This document shows, one piece after another, positions 1 through 11,196 of a DNA stretch of 64,000 bases; position 1 is the first letter of the stretch, and every line of letters begins with the position of its first letter. The notes under the pieces are model-generated. The model ran no database searches, had not been told where the DNA came from, and saw only the letters and a program-made list of their open reading frames with translations. A program made the position numbers and the translations under genes. Source of the DNA: Novakomyces olei (taxonomy: Eukaryota). The DNA lies in the NCBI GenBank assembly GCA_016906335.1, contig JADEYG010000002.1, positions 248,001 to 312,000 on the forward strand, in the 5' to 3' direction.

Positions 1-2215
1 AAGACCCGGCGAGGGTGCATTTCGTCATAAGGGAATGAAAAGTACGCAAGAAAAGTGGAAGCAGACACTGTCACAAGTAGGAAAAAGGAAATTGCCCGGG
101 CAAAAGAACGTCTAGATTGTGAGGCTGGTCCTGATTGGGAGCAGCTGTACACCAGTCTTACAGAATAAGCGGGTAAAAAGGGAAGAGTAAGGAAAACTGA
201 GCCGGCAACAAGGACAGCAATGATATTGTCCACCGGTGAATCCTCGCCGAGTCGGCCTGTAAGAGGAACAAAGATGTCCAGCACACCAACGACACTTTCT
301 ACACCCAAAACAAGTGGAACAAAGGCAGCAATAAAATAGGTAACGACGCTAATCGGCGCTGACTCGCCTTGCTTCGTCTTGGGGGCAAGCAGTATATCAT
401 TCAGGGCCAGAGCAATGAGCAAATTATAGCCCAGAATACACGTCCAATAGGAACTTGCAATGGGGGTGAGAGAAATGAGAGCGTAAAATAGAGTACTGGC
501 CAGGAAAACTGACCTTTCCAGGTCAAATTTTGTGGAAGCGCTGGCGGCTTTTCTAGACTGGCGGCTGTAAAAGAGGAGAGCAGTACCCACATAAGTGGTC
601 AGTACCAGGGGAACATAGATCAGCAAAGGCAGGGACTCGTTGCGGAACCAAATCATACTCTTGTCCAGGACAAAAGAGAACAGGGCCGCGTGGGCATTGC
701 ACACAAGCTGCATTGCAACAAAGGTGCCGACATAGAAGAGCAAGGAGTGTATAAAGATACTAACACCAGCGGCAGAATGAAAGTTTAGGGAAATGTAAAA
801 GACGACAAGGCTAATAAGGACGCGGCTAGCGACCTCGCTTGTCTGCAAACTGTACACAAAAATCAGCCGGTTGAGTACAGAGAAGAAGACTGTGTCATGC
901 GATTCGGTGATCGTGGCAATCTCGACGTCCTTTTGTACCAAGTGTTGCAGGATAGCCAGTACGTTCTCCCCAAAATGCTGAGTTGTACCCGGCTGCACAT
1001 ACTGCACACGATCATTGTCGGTATGGTAAAAATAGCTGTGCCCAACAACTGCCATGTCAAGGCCTGTAAGGTTCCCATAGTCGGCAAACATACGAAAATC
1101 TGTGTCGGACAAGATGAGCCCGGTAGCAAAGATATCAGAAGCCATTACAGTACCATAGGGTCTGGGCACTTTGGAGTAGGCATTGATCATTTCCTTGCTG
1201 GAGGCCTGGAAGAGAATCTCGCTGCCTGAAACACCACAGGCTTCCAGGTTGACTACTGCCCGAATCGTATCTTTCCAATGATGATTGACAATAAAGCCAT
1301 GGCTTGCGTCCTGTAGACTCTCCTCTGCGTCGTTGAACAAAAAGATTAGAGAATGGTGCAGCCGCTGAGGGCTATGCGTAAAGATACGGATTGCCTCGAG
1401 CATGATGGCAATGCCCATAGCATCGTCAGCGGCTCCAGGACTGGGCAGTGTGGAGTCAATATGCGCGTTTATAAGAATAGCATCGCGCTTGCTCTCTTCC
1501 GTCCCATCGCTCAGCCGTACAATAACGTTGCGCAAGCCGTGATAACGTTTAAAGACGGGCTCTGCCGGTTAGATCAAGGAACTTGCAAATAGATAACGAA
1601 AAAATAATAATAAATAAATAATAATAAATAAATAATAAATAATAAATAATGAACTCCGATGACAAACAATAGATAGTTGTATCGTTCGGTTCATGTTGAT
1701 GGATTAAAACAATCGTATAGCCGCACGCAGAGGGAAACCTTACTATTCATAAAATCAAGGCGGTGTGAGCCGTCACAGTCTTGCAACTCAATCTCAAAAC
1801 TGTGCAGTCCATTGTAAGGAGACTCCTCGTACTGCTCACGCAGCCGTTCGATTTCTTCGACTAAAAAATGCCGTGCGTTTATATGCTCCTTTGTGCCTAC
1901 GGTACGGTACCCGTATACTTCCGAGAGCACATGCATATAGTCGAAAGCCTTTGCTTCACTAAACTGAGCGGCTCCAGTGACCGCATCGTACAACTCCGTC
2001 TGTGGCGTCGGCAGATCGTAGTGTAAGCGTAACGAAATCTGTTACAAAGTTAATCAGCATTCGGCGATGAAAAGACGACTCGAAAAAAAAGATTGAAATA
2101 ATAATTAACTTACAGCAATTATAGCAACACAGTAGATGATAAAGGCGTATAATGCAGTTACACGCTGAGCGGATCCCTGCGGCTTCGATCCGGGCTTTTC
2201 CGCCTTTTGGCCCAT
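1..2215 (-). CDS. ERMP1/PFF1-type M28 family multi-pass membrane metallopeptidase (3' end runs off the window)
   Basis: Spliced reading MGQKAEK...IIA|ISLRLHY...FMNK|PVFKRY...ILINAHIDSTLPSPGAADDAMG...FLFNDAEE...NLEACG...SDTDF...YFYHT carries the M28 zinc-ligand motifs, followed by many hydrophobic segments. GT-AG introns at about 2039-2113 and 1562-1743. Confidence 0.9.
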
Positions 2216-2771
2216 TGTGCAAAGCCTCGATGATTCGATAGAAACCGCAATTCTTTGGGCGGATACAAAAGGTCCTCTTTCAACTTTGAGTTCGGGTATT
2301 TCGTAGTATCTGGTAATAGTGTGAACAAGACGAATATATATGAATATACAGATGAATATATACAATAGCAATAATATGGTGCTCACATTAATTTTCAGTT
2401 TGCCGGCGTTTAGTATCAATAATGGCAAAGTATAAATGAGTTCTAATGATTGAACAGTTCAATAATTCAATGTTTCAATATCCAGTTGGAGTCAATATTT
2501 GACGCTGGCGTTTCTTGTACAATATGGTGCGTTTTAACCTGCTAAAACATACGTTTTCCCGGGACAAGTTTGAGTCGGCTCGCGCACGTCGAAACTTACA
2601 TAGAATGTTTCACGTAATAAACGATATATATTCCTACAATACTATACTTTTTACGGGATTATAAGATGTGACACTTGCTACCCGTCCGAATTATCCGAGG
2701 TACCTTGGACAAAGTTGTAATATCTTTTAGACATTCCCATATATTACTCGTGCCGGTCGGCAGGCGCGGCA

Positions 2772-3837
2772 CTATATAGTGCTTGTACTGTAAAGGCGGT
2801 CCCCAATATCTCCAATGCTGTAGGGTTAGCTGGCAATACGTGTATGCACAAACAAGTCAATTACCCTGGACTTATGTAGCCACGATCGTTTAGACTGGGA
2901 TCCGTGTGTCCCACGATAAAGTGGACGTTACTGTAGTCGCGCTCAAGTTCATCAAGAGCTGGCTTGGCCGCCAAGATTGCAGCAAACACTATCTTGCGTA
3001 CACCTGCTTCCAGTAAAATATCAATCACTGCCCGCGCCGTATTGCCTGTTGCGATACAAGGATCTACGATAAAGGCAATGTCGCAACGAGTGCCTCGCAC
3101 AGAGTACGGGATCTTGTTATAATATTCGACTGCTTTTAGTATTCAAACTTTGCATAAATTGGGGGTTTGTTTAAACCGTGAAATTCGTGTTTAAAGATGA
3201 CAAGGGTCGCATGAGCAAAAGGTCAAACGAACAAAGGTCACATGAATAAAGGATCAAAGGAATAAAGGATCAAAGGATCAAAGGATCAAAGGAATAAAGG
3301 ATCAAAGGAATAAAAGCTCAGATGAATAAAAGCTCTCGACTAAAATTAAAGTGAAGAAAACAAATCTGTATGCCGAACACAGTGTCAGCATACTGGTAGG
3401 ACCATACCTGCAGCAAGTGTAGACTTTTCTCTAAAAATACCGAGGTGGTGCACACTGGTAGTTTCCGGTAGCGTTTCCAGGAAGGCTGATAGTTAGACAA
3501 AGCCAGAATTCAGTAAGCGTACCTTCAGTCATCGAAAGTCCGGACCGGAGGACCGGGATAAGTGCACAATTGGAGTCCTCTGGCTCTACAAACGCTTCGG
3601 CTTCTTTGGCGAGAACCGAGGCTGCCTGCTTTACTAGTGCCCTGTGTGTGTTAGACGGAGCCACAGGGAAACCCAAGACTAAACTGGCCTAGCACGAGCT
3701 TAAGCTACTCCCTTCCACTGACTTGCTATGATTTCCCAGCTCTTTGCACAATCCTACCTCACTTGCTTCGGGCTCAGACTCTGGTCCCGCAGTTTGCTAA
3801 CAAGCGGCTCCACAGCCCTGTCAGTTGAAGCCGTCAT
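2772..3837 (-). CDS. urg2: Uracil phosphoribosyltransferase (Urg2/Urc6/Fur1 family), multi-exon
   Basis: Exons give LVSKLRD, LIPVLRSGLSM, IVDPCIATGNTA (PRPP-binding loop) and GYISP...GDIGDRLY. ATG at 3837, TAG at 2772. Confidence 0.88.
3217..3316. repeat. Degenerate 8-9 bp tandem repeat (AAAGGATC/AAAGGAAT) in a UPRTase intron
   Basis: Visible run aaaggatcaaaggaataaaggatcaaaggatcaaaggatcaaaggaataaaggatc. Confidence 0.85.
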
Positions 3838-4395
3838 TTTTTTGTTCCGAGTTGCGTGCTATATGAACGAAAAGTTAGGCCTTGATAATGCCTTGATTTT
3901 GGCTCTTTATCGGCCCTATATACCCTAACTGCCTTATCGTCGCCGCCTTTTCAATACCGCAGTATCCCGTGTCGTCCTTTTTATACACCACGCCTTGTGT
4001 GGGCGGTCCCTGTCGAAACGGGAAAGCGGAGCTCGGAGAGTGCCGAGTATTAAAATTATACAATGTTTTTTAATAACCATAAAGGCAATAATAATGATAA
4101 AAGATAGGGCGGGAAGAGGGAAAGACCATCCAGACTTGTCCTCTCGACTTTTTCGTCTTGTTATCTCGTAGCTTTAAGGCACTTGCCGATCTATAGAACG
4201 TTGCTGACAAAAGAGTATATCAAGCACCCTCATACTCTCAATTGGCACCAGTTTGTTGTAGCCTGCACTTGGCTTGGAGTGAACTCTGTTTGATTAAGCT
4301 GAAAAGGCCGCACAGTCAAGATCTTTTGCGTTTTTCTGCCTCGATAAAGCAGTCAATTCAAAAGGTTGTCAGAGATTACAGCAGCGGCAGTGGCA

Positions 4396-6039
4396 ATGGC
4401 TTCAGTCGCGGAAGAAATTCAATACCTGCGCTCTCTCAAAGCAGTGAGAGAACGTGCAAACAAGGTGTTTGCTAAAGGTAAGTCAAATGCAATTTGGAAA
4501 CTGTTATTGGCGCTTGTGTCGTATTGGAGATACGTTTATCATTGCGTCTCCTCGTTACCGTCTGACGATTTTCTGCTAATTTTTAATTTATTATTTGTTC
4601 TAATGCTTGTGTCTATTACGTACGCAGTTCCACGACTAACAGCCAGCCGAGCAAAACGAGCTACAGGCATTTCATTATAATGCATCTGCAATCGATGCTG
4701 TCGTGAATTATGTCACTGACAACATTACAAGTAGTTATCCTGATACCAGTCTTATCCCACCACATGGACGAGCGGCACATTTAAACGCTGGAGGAGTCGG
4801 CCGTCTCCAACAAATGCAGTCGAAATGGGACTGCGACCCTGGCCAGGTTACAGTTCGGTTACTTGATCTCACTGTGGTCTCTGTACTTATTGACGCTGGC
4901 GCCGGAAACGAGTGGAAGTTTACTGAGGCCAATGGAGCGTACTTTAGCCGAAGCGAGGGCATTGCTGTGGCCAGTGTACACATGTTTGAAGCTGGCCTGT
5001 TTTCCAAAGACAAAAAGACCTGTCAAGTTGATGCAATAGGACTGCAAAATTTAACGCTTGAGCAATTCCAATCTGGCTTACAGCATGGACCGGGGAACGA
5101 AATGGTTGGCACGCAGGGCCGTTTTGAATTACTCCAAAAATTGGGTAAAATAATGACCAAAACCCCGGAATATTTTGGCCCTGACGGCCGTCCTGGCTGC
5201 ATACTTGATTACTTGACGGCGCAGTATGGGGATGAAATCCCGGCTAGTGCTTTATGGAAGGTCTTGACTGAAGGCTTAGGTGGAGTATGGCCCGTACGAA
5301 CTCTGTTTTATGGCCAGAATCTTGGTGACGCTTGGCCGTGCCGAGTACTCGATCAAAGCTCTGAGTTTTTGAGCATTCAACCGTTTCATAAATTAACACA
5401 ATGGATGGCTTACTCGCTAATTATTCCCATCGAAGAGTCTGGGCGGAAAATTGTGGGCAAGGAGGATTTTACAGTATGCCATGAAATTCATGTTTTCTTG
5501 TTTTTTTTTCTTCTTTTTTTTTGTTTTTTAATAATGTGTTGCCATCTGCTTTGTTTATGCTACGTATACTAATTCAAGGCATTGCCCGAGTACCGGAATG
5601 GAGGCCTTCTCGTGGACATGGGAGTATTACAATTAAAGCAGAATGTCTTGGAAAAGGCGGAATTTAGCACTGATACAGAACGTATTCCTCTCTTTGAGGG
5701 CTCATCGGAGGTTATAGTAGAATGGAGAGCCATGACTGTTGCTATTATTGATCGACTTCTTCCTCTTGTTAATAAAAGGCTTGGCGGGAAAGGCCTGATA
5801 TTGGCGCAACTTTTGGAAGCCGGGACCTGGACGGTATTGTTCATTCTTTATTTTTTTTGATTCTTCTTTATTTATTTATTTATTTATTTAATTTTTCGTT
5901 TTCCTCATTTTTTCATTTTATGAATTTTCCCTAAATTATTTACTAATCATAGTCCGGGCGCAAAATTGCTGCTTCCCTGAGACCTATCGGCAAAGGCCCT
6001 CCTATCAACCTCGTGAATAGTGACGGTGCCCTTTTCTAA
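4396..6039 (+). CDS. urg3: Urg3/Urc4 (DUF1688) uracil catabolism protein
   Basis: YLRSLKAVRERA, IPPHGR, VSVLIDAGAG, RSEGIAVAS, PFHKLTQWMAYSL, LPEYRNGGL, VIVEWRAMTV, LEAGTW and a C-terminal GPPI...SDGALF are family hallmarks. Three introns. Confidence 0.92.
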
Positions 6040-7095
6040 ATAGTGTGGCATTATAAGTTTAGAGCAATAATAAATTATATTATGGAAAGCATCAAAAGTA
6101 GATATCAAGTGACGACGATAATTGCGGGTTGACTGTATATTGCAAGTGCTACAGGTGATAAGTATCATTCGCTGTTCACTGTGTCCATTTGATACAAAAA
6201 ATATTTCCTCCTACAGCTTGGTCCTATATAGTCGAGAAACGTCAGCGACACTAAGTTCTAAGACATATCAGTATCAGGTCTACTGTAGAATACTGACTCG
6301 AGCAATAAGTGAATATTTAATATAATACATGACTCGAGATCTGCAATTCATTACTGCCAAACACCTGGGAGTTGCCGCAAATTATGGCTTGGCGAATTCC
6401 AAAACTCGCTCGGGTGTACCCGAATCCAAAAACACGCGAACTACCGATAAGTGGGCTGGCTCAATACACGGCAGTACCCGTGTTTGTACAGTTACATGAA
6501 AAGATCAGCATAATATAGTATAAAATGGGGACTAAGTAATATAGGAGATATTAAGCGCACGCGTACCCGTGTATTTGGAAGGAGCAGTATGATGAAATAT
6601 TGCCTTAGTATATATTGATATAATTAATGTGGCAATCACAAAATTGTGGCATAAAGTAAAAGGTACAGCGTATTTTTGTGATAGATAACATTATACAATG
6701 GAACGCCGTCCGAGCATTAAAATTAATTTTAGAGAGACATTGGGCATGTAAAATGCAGTATTTTTGAAAATCATGGCTCGCTGGCTGGGATATATTGACC
6801 ATTTTATGTTCAAAAGACTGATGGGTAGAGAATTATATACGATGCGTCCATTTTTGCAAAGGTGATGAAAAACATGTCTAACCATCGCGATTATACGCAA
6901 TTGACCGCCTTCCTACTGATATAAATCTGGCCAAACTCATATAAATTATTTTTTACTATTTTGTACCTGATTCTCCCCTTTTTAATGAATCCATTTTGGA
7001 TTATATCGCAAAAAGTCAACGAAACATTACGGCACTATTTGAGACACGTCTAAAGATATCCAATTCAATGCTTTATCTATCTATGTCTCCCCAAC

Positions 7096-9072
7096 TCAAA
7101 CAGTATTGTCCGTGATCCCCTTCTTTTTCCTCCATCGTCGCTTCGCCTTTTCAATAAGCTCACTATCCTCATTATCATCGAACGGCGACGTTTTCTTTTG
7201 CGCCGTACTTTTGCCCACTCCCAGATCGGAAGAGGCCAGAGTATCCTGCTGTACCATCTTTACGCCCTTTGCCAAAGGAGCGTAATCTTGCTCTTCTTCA
7301 CCCTCAGCAACCGCAGCTTCCTGACTCGTGGGAATCTTGTTGGATACCTTTTTAAATTTTGCCACAAAGAACCCATCCATATTATGAACATGGGGAAAGT
7401 ACCGCCGAGTGAGTTTCATTCGCGGATGGAACCTCTTTTCCCTAAACCTCACAAACCCCTCTCGGCCAAAAGGAATTTCTGTATCCACCAGCTTTACATT
7501 TGGCCGTTTTTTCAAAGCGTATTCAACAACAGCTTCATCCTCATCAACCAGGACCGAGCAAGTTGAATAAACAATAACTCCGCCGTGTTTTGAATGCGCG
7601 TCACACGAATCAATCGCACTCAGCAGTAACTGTCTCTGTAAATGTGATAATAAATCCAAATCATGAGCAGATTTCGTGGCCTTTACCGACTGATCTTTAG
7701 CAATGACGCCCGTACCTGAACATGGCGCATCCAACAAAACACGATCAAAGCCGCCCAGGACATGTTCTGGGAACTGACGGCCATCGTAATTGCACACAAT
7801 AGTATTACGTACACCCAGCCGGTGGATATTAGCAGCCAGAGCCTTGCACCGATCTTTGCTAGCATCATTCGCAAAGATAACACCCGTGTTCTTCTGCAGG
7901 GCAGCTACAAAAGTGACCTTGCCGCCAGGAGCAGAAGACATATCGAGAATCCTTTCATGGGGTTGAGGGCCCAGGGCCATTACAGGCAAAAAAGAACTGG
8001 CCGCCTGCAGGATATAGTGTCCCGAAAGGTACTCGGGAGTTGCACCCAGGGGAACCTGCGAGTCAAATACCTGTAATCCTACTTTACTCCATTTGCCCAG
8101 AGGCTCAAGCGACACTCCACGGTTAATCAGAGCCTGAGCCAATTCCCGACGCTGTGTTTTCAGTGTGTTTGTACGAATGGTCACGGGCCGGGCGACTTCA
8201 TTTGCCTCCATGAACTCGACGGCTTCAGCAGGTGTAAACATGCTGAGAAACTTTTCCGCCAGAAATTCGTTATACCCATAGTACTCACAGACATCCGACT
8301 GTAATTGCTGAGTGTACTCTGCGCGGCTCCGACCAGGTTCTGCCAAATCCTTAAATGAGGCGAGAACCCTAACAATTTCTTGGATTCGTAGTTGCAATGA
8401 CTGTACGCTCGTAGTCCCTGCGAGTTTGGTGCCAGAGCCGTCCTCAGTTTCCTCTTGGTCATCAAGTGCTGGAGCATCAGGTAAAATTTTAGGCCTCTCA
8501 GGTATATTACTAGTCATTAATTCCGCCTCTGCCTCTAATGCTTCACGCTCCGCTTTGTCTTCCAATTTTTGGGATAAGGCTTCCATGTTTGCTGCCGTCA
8601 ATTCTTCCTCGTCTGCAGAGTCATCGTCGCTACTGAAATCTGGAGCTTCCTGTTCATCAGAGTCAAAAACAGAATCCTGTTCATTTTCTTCAGAAAGCGA
8701 AATCTCTGAAACTGATCCTGCTTCGTCGCTGCCACTCGTGCCATCTAAATCCTCGAGATTTTCATATTCATCGACTTGCTCAACTTTTGCGTCTTCACTC
8801 TCCTCGTCACTGCCATCACTAAAAAGTGTCATACGCTGCGCTTCCACAGCTTTATGATTGTCAGCTTTCACGGTTTTCGCAGGTCGCTGCTCAGGCTCGC
8901 GCTCTACAGATTTCCGTTTCTTTTTATCTGGTAAGGCTGCCGATCGAGCGTTACTGCTCGCCTTTGGCTTTTGAGAGCCGTTTGACGCTTTCGATTTTTT
9001 TGCATTTTTTTCTGCGTAAAACTCGCCCAGCGATGGCGGCGCTTTTTGCTTTCGTTCGGCGTGGCGACCCAT
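7096..9072 (-). CDS. NOP2: 25S rRNA m5C methyltransferase Nop2
   Basis: 658 aa intronless ORF with an acidic N-terminus and ILDMSSAPGGK, FDRVLLDAPCSGTG, VYSTCS, MDGFFVAKF. Confidence 0.97.
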   Translation of the reverse strand: MGRHAERKQKAPPSLGEFYAEKNAKKSKASNGSQKPKASSNARSAALPDKKKRKSVEREPEQRPAKTVKADNHKAVEAQRMTLFSDGSDEESEDAKVEQVDEYENLEDLDGTSGSDEAGSVSEISLSEENEQDSVFDSDEQEAPDFSSDDDSADEEELTAANMEALSQKLEDKAEREALEAEAELMTSNIPERPKILPDAPALDDQEETEDGSGTKLAGTTSVQSLQLRIQEIVRVLASFKDLAEPGRSRAEYTQQLQSDVCEYYGYNEFLAEKFLSMFTPAEAVEFMEANEVARPVTIRTNTLKTQRRELAQALINRGVSLEPLGKWSKVGLQVFDSQVPLGATPEYLSGHYILQAASSFLPVMALGPQPHERILDMSSAPGGKVTFVAALQKNTGVIFANDASKDRCKALAANIHRLGVRNTIVCNYDGRQFPEHVLGGFDRVLLDAPCSGTGVIAKDQSVKATKSAHDLDLLSHLQRQLLLSAIDSCDAHSKHGGVIVYSTCSVLVDEDEAVVEYALKKRPNVKLVDTEIPFGREGFVRFREKRFHPRMKLTRRYFPHVHNMDGFFVAKFKKVSNKIPTSQEAAVAEGEEEQDYAPLAKGVKMVQQDTLASSDLGVGKSTAQKKTSPFDDNEDSELIEKAKRRWRKKKGITDNTV

Positions 9073-9248
9073 ACTGATCGAGTGGGCTCACTTCACGCTG
9101 GAATTGCCTATTACAATTCTTTTTTTTTCTTTAAACAAAAATTTACACTTTAATCAACCATTGATATTGGCCATACATTAAATGGAAAGCGTACTATCGT
9201 ATCGCAACGTATGCTTGATATTACCATATATTATATTCGTTATTGACT

Positions 9249-9405
9249 TTATACTGTCTTTTAATATACTGTCCTTAATATACTGTCCTTAATATACTGT
9301 CCTTTAATACTGTTTTTCAATATACTGGCTTTTAATGTACTGCCTTTTATTATACCGTTCTTTAATATACTGTCTTCTAACATATTATATTTTAATATGC
9401 CGTCT
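9249..9405. repeat. Degenerate ~14-16 bp minisatellite (TAATATACTGTCCT) in the NOP2/cofilin divergent promoter
   Basis: About 9-10 diverging copies visible, with a near-perfect core at 9262-9303. Confidence 0.85.
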
Positions 9406-9631
9406 CTTCATAAGTTGTCCGATTCATACCCTTCATATTATATACTGTACTAGCGCAACGTATACACTACGTAACGCAAAATAAGCGTACTATACAATAC
9501 CCACGCGAAAACACCCTGACGAAACGAGAAAACACGGAATCAAAATCACACACACTCACACGCACAACACACGGAGGCGATTTCAACTCTGTCAATTTCG
9601 ATATTGGAGAAATTTAAGAACCTGAAGCAAA

Positions 9632-10204
9632 ATGTCTTCCGGTGTCGCTTTGGATCCAGAGTGCCTTGAGTCCTTTGAGGAGCTTAAATTGGGCAAAAAA
9701 TTGGCCTATGTCATTTTTTGTTTGAGTGACGACCTCTGTAAGTTTGTTGATCTCTTGTGTTTGTAAAGTGCAAGTTTATTCCCTTCAATGGTCGAGCGCC
9801 TGTGATAAGATTGACTGGATTTGTGTCTTCTTTACCTCAATTTCGTGCAGGACTCGTTCCAATATGAAATTTGCTAGTTTAATGCTGACTTTGCACCAGC
9901 CAAGATTGTCGTCGAATCCAAGTCTGATGACAAGGATTACGAGAGCTTTATTGGAAAGCTACCAGAAAATGACTGCCGCTATGCTGTCTTTGATTTCGAA
10001 TACCAAGACGGAGACATTATGCGCAACAAGATTGTGTTTGTCTCGTGGAGCCCAGATACATCCAAGATTAAGCACAAGATGGTCTACGCTTCTAGCAAAG
10101 ATGTGCTGCGCCGTCCGCTGCAAGGCATTGGCTGTGATGTGCAGGGAACTGATCTTTCAGAAGTGTCTCGTGATGCCGTCACGGAAAGACTTACGCGCAA
10201 ATAG
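9632..10204 (+). CDS. COF1: Cofilin / actin depolymerizing factor
   Basis: MSSGVALDPECLESFEELKLGKK..., intron ~9738-9898, then DCRYAVFDFEY, RNKIVFVSWSPD, KMVYASSKD. Confidence 0.96.
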
Positions 10205-10368
10205 GATTAAATAATATTTCTATCTCGTTATTAGGCCTTACTAAATTCAGCAGCTTGCCTGAGTAAAATACATTTAAATTTCCGTCCTTTAAAGCTTTTA
10301 TTATTTACATAGACGCATAAGGAGTAGATTGAGTAAGGGCGTAAATGACATGAAGGCTGCTGCATAAA

Positions 10369-10917
10369 CTAGATGTCAAATTCGTCATCATCATCCTCTG
10401 GCCGACGATTATACTATCCGTGTCAAAAACGAATCCGGCAAGGCAGACTTACCACAATCTTGGGCCTTTGCTGTTCCTGACCCGCGGAGATTTGCTCAAG
10501 TAAGCCAATGAGCTCATCCTCCGAAACCTTTTGGCGAATTTGCCCCGATTTTGCCATTCTGACTAGCAATTCTTCAATGCCTGGATTATGATTAGCCTTA
10601 GCGCACACGCACCGGGCTTACTCTTTGCTCTATCTTGTCGGACCAAGGAGATACGATTTAAGCGGTCGCGTGCAGCCGGCTGCAGAATTTGGCTTAGGAT
10701 GTTGTACCGTGCATCTGCCTCTTTGTCCCTTGCCACGTTAGTCCAGACTCTGTTATAAGCTGCCTTGATCTCACGTTGCTGCTGCTCCTGCCGCTGGAGC
10801 ACCTTCTCCGCCCTAAATATTAGTGAATAATAAGCATTGGCACAAGCATACCCCCGCCGACTTGCGCAATTCAGCTAGTCGCTGCTGTCGAATGGCCGCT
10901 AACTCGTCCTCGTCCAT
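10369..10917 (-). CDS. PDCD5/Sdd2 family protein, multi-exon
   Basis: MDEDELAAIRQQRLAEL...ILSQILQPAARDRLNRISLV...GQIRQKVSEDELIGLLEQI...RRPEDDDDEFDI. Confidence 0.9.
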
Positions 10918-10947
10918 CTTGCACGTTCAAGATTTACGCAGAAAGCG

Positions 10948-11008
<61 letters not shown>

Positions 11009-11010
11009 AT
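10948..11010. repeat. (ATT)n microsatellite
   Basis: About 19 consecutive ATT units just upstream of the PDCD5 ATG. Confidence 0.95.
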
Positions 11011-11196
11011 TGAAGGCACGCGTTCTGCTCTATATAATTATATAATTATTATAGTATATTTATTATCCATCAAGAATACGACACGCTTTCACAATGTTAA
11101 AAAGATGCCCGGCTCATGACGAGGAACGCATGTGAATGGCGCTAGCTAAAAGCATTCACAGTTACGCCAATCCTATACTTACAAGCGGCCTTACTT

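Noticed and set aside
6862-6920. GTGATGA...CTGA resembling a C/D snoRNA
   Set aside because: Only ~57 nt, with no terminal stem or rRNA guide that I could recognise.
8312-8857. 181 aa Ser-rich plus-strand ORF, and similar antisense ORFs over Pdc1, RPS15 and the ABC gene
   Set aside because: Shadow frames of real genes on the opposite strand.
10823-11119. ORF with a poly-Ile run
   Set aside because: It is the translation of the (ATT)n microsatellite, antisense to PDCD5 exon 1.
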